From assembly GCF_018977255.1 (NCBI RefSeq), contig NW_024704743.1:51214001-51278000 (forward strand): a stretch of DNA of 64,000 nucleotides, read 5' to 3'. A program made the position numbers and the translations under genes. The notes under the pieces were generated by a model. It had not been told where the DNA came from and ran no database searches. It saw only the letters and a program-made list of their open reading frames with translations. Positions within the stretch are counted from its first letter, which is position 1. Each line of letters begins with the position of its first letter. Source of the DNA: Callorhinchus milii (lineage: Eukaryota). Positions 12,930 through 25,604 of this stretch are shown piece by piece.

Positions 12930-13303
12930 AGGCTTAGTGGTTAGAGTAATTGTCTCGCAAGCGAGAGACCTGGGTTTGATTCCTGGGCAGGTCAAAATGT
13001 TGGACAAGTTTCCTTACTCCACACACCTCTGTTTATTTAGCACTAAGTAGGAACCTAGTTGTTAATCAATTGGCGGATCGCTTTTCCAGGGGTAATAATT
13101 CCTTAAAAGTAACCTTTTTTAAAAATGTTGTCACTCCATCCACGACTGTTTGCGGGACACTGCTGTGTGCTGTCATGTTTTGCCCACAAAATATACAGTC
13201 AATTCACTTTACAGTATATTCTGTGAAGCGCTTTGAGATGTCTCAAAGACATAATAAGGCTCTATAGAAAAATGCAAGGTTTATTATTAATATATTATTA
13301 TTA
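12930..13303 (+). mobile_element. tRNA-derived Deu-domain SINE (long-core form)
   Basis: GCTTAGTGGTTAGAG..GCAAGCGAGAGACCTGGGTTTGATTCC head, core, Deu segment, tail. Confidence 0.9.
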
Positions 13304-13544
13304 GGCATCAGTGGCCAAAATGATAGCAGTTAGCAGCAATAATAAAGCTTTGAAGTTAGAATTTCAATGGGAAATTCCAAAATGGTTTGAAAATTAAAAA
13401 GATATAATAATCCTTGCTATTTGTTTTTCTTTCAAATCGGGAAGACATTTCCAAACACTTCACAGGTTTTGCTGCAAAGTATTTTGTAGATGAACGTGAC
13501 AGCCAATTTTCTAAAGCAATGCCCAGACAACCATGAAATGAACA

Positions 13545-13760
13545 ATAATAATTCCTACATTTCATATAACGCCTTATCATGTCGTTGAGACGTCTCAAGG
13601 CGCTTCACAGAATATATTGTAAAGTGGTTTGACTGAGTGTTTTGTGTGCGAAAAGCGATAGCCAATTGCATACAGCAGTGTCCACAAAGTGACCAATTTT
13701 TTTTGAGGGATTATTACTCCTCAAAAAAAAGTGATCTGCCTGTCGACTAACAACTGGATA
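13545..13760 (-). mobile_element. SINE 3' half
   Basis: Tail stem-loop GAGACGTCTCAACGACATGATAAGGCG and Deu segment. Confidence 0.8.
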
Positions 13761-16700
13761 ATAACAACCAAATACTCAACTTTATCTAGGGTGAATTTGT
13801 TGGCCGTTTTGTCTCTGTTTGGGGGTCAATTTCTTTCACAAGGAATCTGAGTTGTTGAAATTGAAGCTTAGTCCACCAACTGGAAGTATGTCACCCTGAT
13901 CCGATAGAACTGTTCCGATGGCATTTAATTTTTCAGAGCAGTTACCGCGATCAACTGGAATGCAAAGGGGCCTTCTTCTTCTGAACCAATCTTATGATCT
14001 TGTCAATGCTAACAGAATTCCTCATTAATAAAACCTGTTAAGAAATGCCACAAAATTACAGAGTGAACAATGTCTGGAACGATGTCTGTTGAAACTTGTA
14101 ACACAGAGTTCAGACGACTCCACAAAGGTGCTCAGGCTTCATCTTGTGGTTTAAGACATGCTACAGCTTCAAAACTGCTTCATAGAAACATAAACTCCAG
14201 ATTGGCAGAAAAATAAAGTTCAAATGATATTTGAGATTTCAGGCTTTTTTCGTGTAGCAATAATTGAAAATAAAATGAGTAAATGCATCAATATATTACT
14301 AACGCAGTGCAGAGGGTCAACATACCCAGTGATGCATATTTTGATAATGCGCACTTCCTGTTTGGCAACACAAAGTCAAGTTTAATCTATTTTTTTGTTA
14401 TCATTTCCAGTAAAGATCTGCGAGCTGATCTCACCTCTGTATGTACTTCTGCTAAATTTCTAATGATTAGTCACGGTTTTGGCCATTGAGATGGAGTGAC
14501 TTCCAAAAGGTCAAAGGGTTAAATGCTGTTTGATTAAAAATGGACAATACGACAAGCACTGTTTGGGGACGGTTGCGGATCAGACGGGAACTTGGGGGAA
14601 AAACAAGAAGCCTGCAATGATTTCTCATCTGACTGTCCTTTAAAAAAAATCTTTTATATATATAAAATAAATGCAAGGATTATTATTATATATATTTTCT
14701 CTCTGGCAACAGTTTTGCTACTGTTTATCAAGGCAAAGCAAATCCAATTAGCCTGTGGCCTGCCTACCAACCTTTTTAACCTCCTTAGCTGTGAGAAACT
14801 CAGCCGCTCCTGCCAATATCTCATTTCTGTGGCAGCAGATAAGATCAGCTTGAGATATTCAATGGTTTCACTTCAGCTTCATCATAATGATCGTTTCTTA
14901 ACCGCTGTCGCTGGATCTTATTTTCTCTCATTTACTACATGAAATGGGACAGTAGCTCCCAGCCCAATGGTTTGCTGGAACAAACACAGATCAGGCCTTC
15001 ATACCATCTGACAGCAGGGACTGATTTTTCTTATCACAGCTTGTCCACAAAGGCATAGGCTGGGTTGGGATTATTAACATTCCTCGACGAGATGTGTCAG
15101 GACTATTTCTGTCAGAGAGACAGATTGAGCCTTTCACTCAGTCCCAGGAATGAGTGACACATGGCCTGACCGGCAAGACAACATTGTTATTCGAGTTAAG
15201 AAATCAATTTGTATCAAATGTACACTGTAATTTATTTGTTGGCTTTGAAGGAAACCTTGCTGAGATAAATGGAAATGGACTTCTTTTACCAAGCTGATAT
15301 AGTTCTTGTGAAGCTACAGATAGTTACAGTCAGAGGAAAGTGACAAACATGTTTAAAGTTTCGCAGTGATCTTTAAATCTCAAAAAGAACACCTTGTTGG
15401 ACATGATAGAACACTTTTTACCTTTTCCACTATCTGACAGAAAGCTGCTGCGACACACCGCTTTAGTATTTTTGCTGACATTTTCTTTATCGCCGGCATC
15501 TGTCTGGAAAGGATATGCGCTTCCTTTTGTCAGCCCCAGTGCAAACAGGGAAGCTGGAGAACCAGGATGGACTTTCATGTAACCAGAACCTTAAGTTCCT
15601 ACCAATTTTAGAAAGAAGCACAAGAAATATTCATCAAAAATATAGTCATGTTTATACAAAATAAAGTGTGCATATATTTGCCAGCTTAGATATATTATAG
15701 CCCAGAGTGCTGTGTACTCTTCTGGTTACCCCTCTCTCCCCATATTTGTCGTTGGATTACTTGTTTTTTACTTTTTATCACATCTTTTAAATGTAGTCCA
15801 GACAGAACAAACATTGCTTAAGTTTTCATCTAATGTGACACTTTACAGTCTGTATTACACCCAAACTGTGTTAGAGTTTATTTCTTTTCTCATTATTTCA
15901 AGTTGCTCGACCTCCTTTGCTGGACTGCATAGACGGCTCTTTCAAGACTGTCAAAAGGTAAAAAATCTCGACAGCATTCCTGCCAGCGTTTAATCCAGAC
16001 CACTGCCCTATGTAATGCAGCTGTAATATTCTATATCAATAAAGCTTCCCTCTGTGATATTCTGTTCAGTTCACAGAGCTCCCTCTGTACTGCACTCCAC
16101 TGCTCAGGCTGTGTTCGGCTATGCTCTTGCTACTGTCCCGTGAAAGATTGCATTCAGTTTGGATCAGTGCAACCAGCCATGTTTACAGTTACTGGTGTTC
16201 AGAATCAGCTTCTGCATTGGGTGATATTGAAAGCTGCTTGACACGTTACATACTGACAGTAAACAAGGGACCAAGACATACTTTTTGTGATCAAATGTTT
16301 GGACACATTTGCAGTGTGTATGTGTGTATATGTGTGCGTGTGTATAAAAGGCTAATTCCCCTGAATGTTTTGATTCAGAGTATATTGTCGGTCAGCTTGA
16401 GAGCCCTATTTCTGTTTTGCCTGTATATTTGGGTGATATGCATGTAAACATACGCAATATTACACCTTTTTGTTTTGGTCAGCAGTATCTGACATGTGGA
16501 AATCCATCATAGTATCCAAATCAAACAGTGACAGTTCAACACATATGTGTGAAAATTGTCTGAATGTAAATGCACACTCTCTACCTGGAGGCCTGACCCT
16601 GCTTAATCCTTGCATTTTGAGCTTTGATAATAGTACCTTTCTTGTTGAGAGGAATCTCAAAGCACTTCACAGGATTTCCTTCAAAGTGTAGTAACTGCAT

Positions 16701-17783
16701 TTTGCAAGCAAACCTGCTTGCCTAATCGCAGAGAGTATTACATGCATGGTTGAGAAGCCAGGGCTTGGAGATTCCACATTGTGATGGAGTTTAAGCAGCT
16801 AAACATTGTGAATGAACAGTGGAATCCTTCTCACTGCATGTCCAGCTCGAACTATCTTAGCTGTTAAGGCTTTTCTTGCAGAGGTAATAGAGGAATCCCT
16901 GCTCTTTCAAGACTTGCTGACATGTACCACCTGTAATGCCCTTTATTTGCAGATTCTTTACATCAAGTTCCTTTTGGTGAAATTTACAAAGATAATTGAG
17001 ATCCAACCTTGTTGTAAGAATGTCAGAAAGAATGGATCACAAATTGTCATTGAGCCATCAAGCTCACAAATTCCACAGACTGTTGACATATGCCTGTCAG
17101 TTTCTCCTGTGTCAGCATCAGGCAAAGTTACCTAAGACTCCCTCTTAATCTCAGAACTCAAGTTGCCAGGACCAATTGCCCCCCTGAGCTAAGCCTCCTA
17201 CTCCTGTCTCTCCACACCCTTGCAGTCACTACTGATATTGTGAACCTGCTGAGAATTGTCCAGGTTTGCAAATCCTTTTCACATCCTTAATGGCTTCTTG
17301 TTCTTTTCACGAAGGATTTAAACTGTTCGGTTGCTAGGATAGAATTGATTGTAGGTTCAGTCTGAGGCTGGATTGCTGTTGGTGCTGTCACTTCCCATTG
17401 AAAGCATGGTCTACGTATGGCCAGCACATCCAGGCAGCAATTATCACCTTGTTGTTCTTGTTGAACCAGGATCACGGCCTTGTTCTCAAAATGGCTACGT
17501 TTCTCCCGTCAGATTTTCTGCAAGAGAACACTGAAAAACTTAATTTTTCATCCAATAACAATACGATGCAAAAAATGATACATCACCACTGTCCAAACCC
17601 CTCTAGCACCCCGACAGAACAATTGATAATCAGCACATTGACTGGTCACTTATTTTCAATAATGTGTGAAATTGCACCATTAGCACATCACACAATCCAA
17701 TTTTCATCGCAAATCATGTTTTCAACTGTTTCTTCCACTTCATATTTATAAGGTATTGCTTACTGAACAGTTGAAACAAAACT

Positions 17784-17826
17784 TTAAAAATGTAAGTGTG
17801 AACAATGTTCACACTTACATTTTTAA
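17784..17826. repeat. Perfect 43-bp palindrome (21-bp arms, 1-nt spacer)
   Basis: TTAAAAATGTAAGTGTGAACA-A-TGTTCACACTTACATTTTTAA. Confidence 0.97.
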
Positions 17827-17827
17827 G

Positions 17828-17895
17828 TGTGTTGTTTCATAACAGATATGCTTTATAATCAATGTGTTGTTTCATAACAAATATGTTTTATAATC
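17828..17895. repeat. Tandem duplication, 35-bp period
   Basis: TGTGTTGTTTCATAACA(G/A)ATATG(C/T)TTTATAATC twice, 2 mismatches. Confidence 0.95.
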
Positions 17896-18172
17896 TGTTC
17901 TCAATCTCTTATGAAACTTTACGTTCCTTTAAAAGTTGTAGGAATGTATCAAACCTTCAGTTCGGGTTAAAGTGCTTTAATGTATATATGGCTTGCTTCA
18001 ATAATTCCATACTTTCCATCAGTTTTATTTTATAAACCTATTACTTACTGGTTTCACATTATTACCAAACCATCAACAAATGTATTACAATGTGCAGCAA
18101 TTTCTAATGTGATTTGTTTCAAAAAGGCATCTGCCTGTGGAACTGGTCTTGTAACTGGAAGTATGTTATGGC

Positions 18173-18204
18173 CCCAAATCTACCCAAATCTACCCAAATC
18201 TACC
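18173..18204. repeat. 10-bp tandem repeat x3
   Basis: (CCCAAATCTA)3. Confidence 0.9.
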
Positions 18205-18231
18205 ATTCCAAAAGTATGCTAAATTTACTAT

Positions 18232-18400
18232 TTACATTTATATAGTGCCTTTCACATCTGGAGGACATCTCAAAGCGGGGCAGAATGGCCAAAAGCTTTC
18301 CCGCCGGCAGTGGAACAGATAGGTTGGGGGACATGAAAACAGGCAAATGTCACCGAGGGAACGTCTAGGTTGGCAGAGTTGTAGGAGGTATATGTTGTCA
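18232..18400 (-). mobile_element. Deleted L2 3' fragment
   Basis: Tail GATGTCCTCCAGATGTGAAAGGCACTATATAAATG plus degenerate L2 C-terminal sequence. Confidence 0.6.
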
Positions 18401-20631
18401 GAGCACCTGCAATTCAGCATGTCTTTCAATTTCCTTAATAAAGGACTGCCATTAGAAATTACAGGTATGAGACCTTGTTTTCAAGTCAATATTGAGACAA
18501 TTACATGTTTAATGTTTCATTTTTCAGTGTGTAATCTGAATTTAAACATATTACAGCTAATAAACTCCTCTGATCGGATATTCCTGACCTAAATTCCATT
18601 GCTATGTAACATTTCTTCCGAAACCTGCAATAAATGTGCAGAAAGATCTGCGTGGATCGCACAGTCACTATTCAAAGCCGTTAATCCTGGTGTGTGTTGT
18701 TGATGAGCATTATGAGTTTCATTTGTAATCAATTAAAGCATTTCATTATGTTTAGCAAATGTCTTTCTCTCATTTTCAGAAGCACACATTCCAGGGATAC
18801 TTAAGCAAGTTGGAATTTATATAATAATAATCTTTACATGTGATATAGCGGTTTTCATAGTGGGAGGACCTCTCAAAGAGCTTGACAGGATATCTGTAAA
18901 GTATAGTGACTGTGTATTTTATATGTCAATTGCGGCAGCCAATATGCTCACAGAAATTGTGGACTGGATTCAGAATAAATTGTTATTTTTATTTTTATTC
19001 TGTTGTTTTCCTTTCAACAATTCCACATTTCCTCTTTTCATTCTAGTTTTCATTAAGAGCTCAGAATGGGCCCCATAGTGTTAATATCTACTTCACTCTC
19101 CAGTCCACTCCAGCCTAGTGAATATCCAGCCTTGATAAATATCCCACAATCTGATATGCATTTACACCAGTCTGTTGCAAAATATGGCAATGTGATGTAT
19201 GCTTATACCATTTATAGCAAACTGATGTGATTGTTCTGCTTTCCGCGGAGTACAATCAGATAGAAAAGTTGGGATTTATCACTGTGGACTGGATTCAGAA
19301 TAAACAGGTCGGCTGTATTTATGCTCAGGTCCTGTCTGCCAGTTAGTTACAGATTCTCAGCACACATAAATTTGCAGCTGCGATGTAAACAGGGCTTCAG
19401 GCTCTCAGCCTCTACAGCTCTTTTGATGTCTGCAAGGTGCTTATAAGGAAATGCTGGAAGGACACTTGGAAGTTTCTGTCTGAAAAAAAACATGCTTCCG
19501 AGAGGAGTGATATGAAAAAGATGCTGAATAATCCACAGTTAATAAAGAAGTTCCCTGCGGTAAGTATCCAAATGTGCTTACACGGGTTAAAGAGTTAAAA
19601 GCATTATGTCTGTCACAAAGTTTTATGTATTTGTTTTGATAAAAATAAGTTTTTAGATGTGAAGTCATTTTTCATGGTCCCTAGGAATATTGCTGTCAAA
19701 CAGTGCAATGTTTTTTAAGTGCTGTCATCATCTACAGAGTTTAAAATGTATAATAACTGTTTGAAACATTGCAGTGGGACTGTGTTATTCTCAGAGGAGA
19801 TTTAGCCTAATACACTTTTGATGGTATTGGAATCAGCCTTTGAAGACCGACAAAGAGCTACTGATTTAAACAGTTCATATCACTACGCAATAAACAAAAG
19901 CAGATGAGTGCATGTTTTTTACTAGCAGAAGTATATTTAGATATTTTCAGTGTGCTATTAATAGAACATCAACTTCTTGCTGTGCAACTTGTTTAAAGGC
20001 AGCCAACACCCATCTGGTAATTAAACTAATTTAGGTAGCGATACGCCCAGCCTTAAAGGGTCACATGAGGCCCAGACTACATACAAATCACACCTTTCAG
20101 CAAATCTTTCCTGGTACACAAAATAGAGATGCTTTTGGTATGCTTGTCAGAATTTGCTTGGACATATGAAGGTGGCGAGACATAAATGGACTTTGGCAGT
20201 CTGGGGGCCGGGTCTAGCACCAGGGTAAATTGCCTGTCTGCATTCTCATCCAGCAATTGACTGTGCTTAGAGATTAGCAGTGATCCAAGAAAATATAAAC
20301 TAACACTTCTGGAAGTGAAACTTTGGAGAATGATTGTTGTGTACATAAAATACCTTAGCGCTGAGGTGAAGTCGCTGCGTGGGAGGTGACCGACTTGATT
20401 GCCGTATTTTAAATGGAACTTGCAGCTAAGTGATCATAATCATTGTAATTATGATTAATACTTACATTATACAACGTGAAATAAATACATGTTGTGTATA
20501 GTAAGTATTAGTCATAATGAGAATGCAAATAAGAAATGTGTCTGTCCAACGTCTGGGCACCTACTTTCCAATGTGTCTATGTGCAGCCCATTTCACATGC
20601 TAAATTGTGTGAGAACTTCTATAATATTCGT

Positions 20632-20945
20632 GGAGTCCTGTAGTTCAGTGGTTAGAGCACCCACTTTCAAACGAGACACCCAGGTTCAATTTCAAAACCT
20701 TGGGCAAGTTTCCTTACTCCACACGCCTGATAATAATCCCTCAAAAAAAACAATGATAAATTGGTCATTTCAATCCACAACTGTTTGTGGGGCACTGCTG
20801 TGCGCAATTGGCTGCCACATTTCTCCCACAAATACACAGTCAATTCACTTTGCAGTCTATTCTGTGAAGCGCTCTGAGGTGTCTAGAAGACGTGAAAAGT
20901 GCTATATCAAATGCAAAGATTATTATTATTATATTATTATTATAA
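20632..20945 (+). mobile_element. tRNA-derived Deu-domain SINE (short-core form)
   Basis: GGAGTCCTGTAGTTCAGTGGTTAGAGC head through (TTA)n tail. Confidence 0.93.
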
Positions 20946-21249
20946 TAAGATGTTGTACAAAAAACACTATGCAAATGATTGTCTATTGGCATTCAGCACG
21001 GCTGAACTGGAATAGTCTCTGCGGATAATTAGTAAACACTGCTGTAGAAACTCCATGAAGCCATTCAAAATGGTACAAGACACTTTAATATCTGGTCTTG
21101 GTTGAGCAGGCTGCAGTACAAAAAGTAATACCAAACTGAGATGTTCGCAAAGCAATAGTTCTTGTCTCACTGCTTTCCTGAAATGCTGCTTTCCAGCTGC
21201 TTTTGGTAAACCCTGGCCATAAATGGCATTTGTCCTTAGATGTAAAACC

Positions 21250-21620
21250 ATTGCTGGGACTTTGAACTCATATATTCTAGGCTGGACACTCCAGTTCAGT
21301 GCTGGGGGTGTATCGCATTGTTGGAGGTACCGTTCTTCTGCTAAGATGTTAAACCCAGACTGCTGGTTCATGTGCTGTTAAAGATCCTATGGCAATAATC
21401 GAAAAGATATGGTAGTTTCCCCCAGTGTCCTGGCAAACAATCCTCCAAATAAAACTGGCTATTCACTTTGTGTCTGTTTGTGGGACAATGCTGTGTACAA
21501 ATTGGCTGCCGTGTTCACTCCACTTCACAGTAAATCATGTGAAACGCATTGAGACGTCCTCCCAGTGTAAAAAATGCTATACCAAATGCCAATGATTATT
21601 ATTATTATAATTATTATCAT
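21250..21620 (+). mobile_element. Older DeuSINE (AmnSINE1/SacSINE1-like)
   Basis: GACACTCCAGTTCAGTGCTG..GTTAAAGATCCTATGGC..CCCAGTGTCCTGGCAAACA..CTGTTTGTGGGAC..AAATTGGCTGCC Deu domain. Confidence 0.85.
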
Positions 21621-22548
21621 TACTGTATTCAAGCTTGTGCTAACTTTTGAAAAAGGCAGTCGCCACCTTAATTTTAAAGCAAATTTTCCACAGAGTCCTC
21701 TGGACCAATTTTCAATGGGGTGAAAGTTGTAACCTGTGGTGTATTAATTATCACAAATTCCAATCTATTAACAATTTAAGATGTGCCCCTCCCCTATTAA
21801 TTCAGTCTCAACCCTCAGTCTCACTGCATTGGGAATTTCTGGACGGTAATCACAGGATTGGATTTGGGGTTAGCGGGATCCTGGTTTGCACTGAATTTTG
21901 AGTGATTCCCCTAATCAACACTAGGTAGGTAGCAAGTCAGCAAAACAAATGTGCACCACAGTTGTCTTTTGCCTAACCATTGTAATGGGAGTGGTTACAC
22001 CCAATGGATTAGCTGATATCTTTTGTTAGCAATAGGGCAGACTTTTCAACAGTGCCACAATTAAAACCAGTGTTAAATAGTCACATCATCATTAGCCTAT
22101 AAAATACAATCACAGCACTCAACAGTAAATCCTGTGAAGTGTTTGAGATGTTTCGATGACATGATAAGGTGCAATATGAAATTCAAAGATTATTGTCATT
22201 ATTATTATTATACATTGCAATCCTTTCTTGGTGAAATTGTTTAATAAGCATTTGAATCATAAAAAAGGGGTTTCCATTCCAATAGAGTTTCTGTTTTTAC
22301 AGGCTCGATGGGCTGAATGGCCTTCTCCAGTTCCTGCCAATGTTTTTTTTAATTTCAGTTAGGTAAATAACAGCCACAGGAAACAAATCATGATTTAGCT
22401 TTAGGAAACATTTCATATATTTAAGTATTTTTAGCTAAAAAAACAAAATTAAGTTGATTAAAATATAAAATAAACATATTTGGGTTCCAAATTAGTGTAT
22501 TGCATATAGTTAATAATTAAATAATTTAGGAGTAAGAGAACTGTTGTT

Positions 22549-22606
22549 CAACAACAACTTGCATTTAAATAGCATCCTTCACATGGGGTAGCATCCCAGA
22601 GCGCTT
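22549..22606 (-). mobile_element. L2 tail-only insertion
   Basis: Reverse complement AAGCGCTCTGGGATGCTACCCCATGTGAAGGATGCTATTTAAATGCAAGTTGTTGTTG. Confidence 0.85.
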
Positions 22607-22734
22607 GTCAGAGCAATATGTCCAATTTTGAGAATTACAAGCCTGGGATTCTGTCTTATCACTTCTAGAATTGTTGTTGTGGAAATAATGACAGAATAAC
22701 ACAATCCTGCTTAAAATCCAAGCTTATCCTTTAA

Positions 22735-22935
22735 TATTTCACCCACAAAATACACAGTCAATTCACTTTACAATATATTTCGTGAAGCATTTTGAGATGT
22801 CTCAACGACGTGATCAGGTGCTATATTAAATGCAAGGATTATTATTTAACAGATCAACTTTAAGATCCTTGCCCTTACCTTCAAATGCTTCCATCGCCTT
22901 GACCCACCTTGTCTCTAGAGTCTCCTGCGAGTTAG
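22735..22935 (+). mobile_element. SINE tail followed by a short L2 fragment
   Basis: SINE tail 22735-22846; TTTAAGATCCTTGCCCTTACCTTCAAATGCTTCCAT (FKILxLTFK) after it. Confidence 0.7.
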
Positions 22936-24625
22936 GAGAGAAACAAGCAACTGCAGAAACAAACAAAAAGGATCACAATCAAAACAATAATAATAAATTA
23001 TATAAATATAAATAAGCAAAATAAACAAAATAAGTAAAAATAATTTAAAGAGGCGAGAAATAAGAAAGAGCCTTGCAGTCAAGTCACAAGCAGAGCAGAA
23101 CAGCAGCAAACCAGGGAGATGGAGCACAGCAAGATTCAAAAAGCATAGAAAAATATGAGTTAATTCAAAGTCAATAGCAAAAAAGGTAGAAGATCAAAGA
23201 GGGAAACACAGTAAATTCAATTGTTATATTCAATGCGTTATTATTTTATGTATAGGGTGTATTGGTGGAGCATTTCCTTGGTGGTATTCCTGGCGTAAAA
23301 ATCCTCGGATCAAATAAGATCACAGTTGAATTGTATCCACATGTGCTTCTGTGTTTTCTCACTCCTCCACACAGAATGAGAACATTTATATCCAGATCCA
23401 TATTCCTATAGTCTTAACTTTATATCCAGTAAAATTGTGTGATGCATCTGGGGGATGAATGATCCTATTATTCCATCATATATAGTGGTTTCCAATGATG
23501 GGTCCTGCAAATTATAGCATAGATTTCACAAAAATATTTAATTATCTCAACGAATGCATTTACAGTTCTGATAAAGTGCAAAAACAAAGTAATTTTGTAC
23601 TTTGTAATAAAGTGTTCTCTGAAACAACCATCAATACATGGTTTGTTGCAACATGTTGTAATTTCTCTCCTGTATTGTGGTTTCTACACTACGAGCACAT
23701 ACTTGCACAAAATGGCAGCTAAACTATCCAAATATTTGTCTAAAAATTTCTACTTTAATCCCTGCAGTAACCCTTCAAGTACTTGTCATAAGATATGCCG
23801 TGCTGTGGGCAGTTCATGTTTATTAAACAGAGCAAGGATTCATTTCATCTTCAGGAGACTGATATGAAAGGTTTCATGCAGATTGCATTTTGTTGCTAAC
23901 TACCACAGTGCAGTTTGCTTGCAGCTTGAAGCAGCTCCGTCTTCAAATGCAGTAGCAACAGTATAGCGGCTGGTGAAAATCATTTAACTCCATGTGCCGC
24001 CTTTGAAAAAGCATCTACAAAGATAAATTGACTGGTGCATTCAGTAAAATTGTATTGCCAAATGGTTCAAAGAAGCAGAAGAATAGATCTCACAGTGCAT
24101 CCTGTACTGATTTCAAGAACTAGCGTTAAATACAATCACATCCAGAATGCCTGTGCAAAGCAATTGTATATGGAAAGGGCTTTGTCACCAAGCAAAATAT
24201 ATAGGAAGATTTAAATAAAGATGTGGGTGTGTGTTCAAATCACCTGCGCTAGCATGATGATATTAATCTAATTGAAGATATTGGGGTTGAAAAATTGCTT
24301 GTTGGTGAATATAGGCGTAAATGGCACCTCAACGCTGGGTAAAAAAACCTACAAGATCTAAAAATAATTCAAACCTATTTGTACTGTGCATAAAAAATTA
24401 CATTTGGGGGCGGTGGTCAATGGTTTGGTGTTTAAGCTGAGTTTGGGAAGTGCTTGAAAAATGGCAACAGCCATTCATGGAATGGATGCTATTGAATAAT
24501 GAACGCTAATGTAGCCTACAGGAGCCAGTGGACCAGCATTAATTTCAACTTCTGCTTTGCTCCTGAAGTTGTAAAATTTGATAACAAATTTGTCATAGGT
24601 AAAATTGCTATCCCAATCACTAGTT

Positions 24626-24932
24626 GAGTCCTGTAGCTCAGTGGTTAGAGCGCTCGTCTTGCAAGCGCTGGGTTCAATTCCAGGCAGGGCGAAACCTTGG
24701 GCAAGTTTTCTTATTCCACACGCCTAATAATAATCCCTCCAAAACAAATCAATAATGAAATTGGTCATTTTCAATCCACGACTGTTTGTGGGACACTGCT
24801 GTGCGCAATTGGCTGCCGCGTTTCGCCCACAAAAATACAGTCAATTCACTTTACAGCATATTCGGTGAAGCACTTTGAGATGTCTAGAAGACCTGAAAAG
24901 CACTATATCAAATGCAAGGATTATTATTATTA
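24626..24932 (+). mobile_element. tRNA-derived Deu-domain SINE (short-core form)
   Basis: Head with A/B-box-like motifs, Deu segment, tail. Confidence 0.93.
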
Positions 24933-25484
24933 GTAGTAAAGATTGTTTTGTGATTGGCGTTTTACTTTCTGACTGCATTTCCTGTCCTTCTGATCATAAC
25001 CACCAGTGACAATTATCACATCAGATAATACAACTCCCTTCTCCCAAAAACCAATCTGTTTGAGCAAAGAATAAATAGGATAGAGGCTTTAGTCATTACC
25101 CAGTTTCTTCTTTATTGTGAAGGCATCACTACAGAAACTGCATGTCACCAGTTGAGATAATATGTAACCAGAGTTCTCTCTTACATATTTTACGACTCTA
25201 AAACAATGGATCCATTGTCAGTATCATTTTGGAGGCGAGTTTCAATGTCACTATTTCTACGTATGAAAATTTATCACTGTTTACTGCATCCAAAAATTGT
25301 AGCATCGCTGTGCACATGGGACAGCAAGCAACTGTGCAGCAAAGCCTTGCATTCACAACCTCCAGAGAAGAAGCAACCTCAGCAACAGAATATTTACACA
25401 CAAAGTCTTTGGTAACCATTATTTAACACTAATTTCTCTTCTCACTGTGTAATTGTGGACACTTATGTCAATAAGTTTTTTCTG

Positions 25485-25604
25485 CGTTTGGCCCATAAAA
25501 TACAGTCAATTGAGTTTACAGTACATTCTGTGAAATGCTTTAAGATGTCTTAATCATGTGATAAGGAGCTTTATCAAATGCAAGGATTATTATCGTTATT
25601 ATTA
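25485..25604 (+). mobile_element. SINE tail fragment
   Basis: TACAGTCAATT..CTGTGAAATGCTTT..ATCAAATGCAAGGATTATT. Confidence 0.75.

Noticed and set aside
24280..24617. Possible degraded MITE (ATTGGGGTTGAAAAATT...AATTGCTATCCCAAT); similar at 53071-53232
   Set aside because: Terminal matches are too short and degenerate to support by eye
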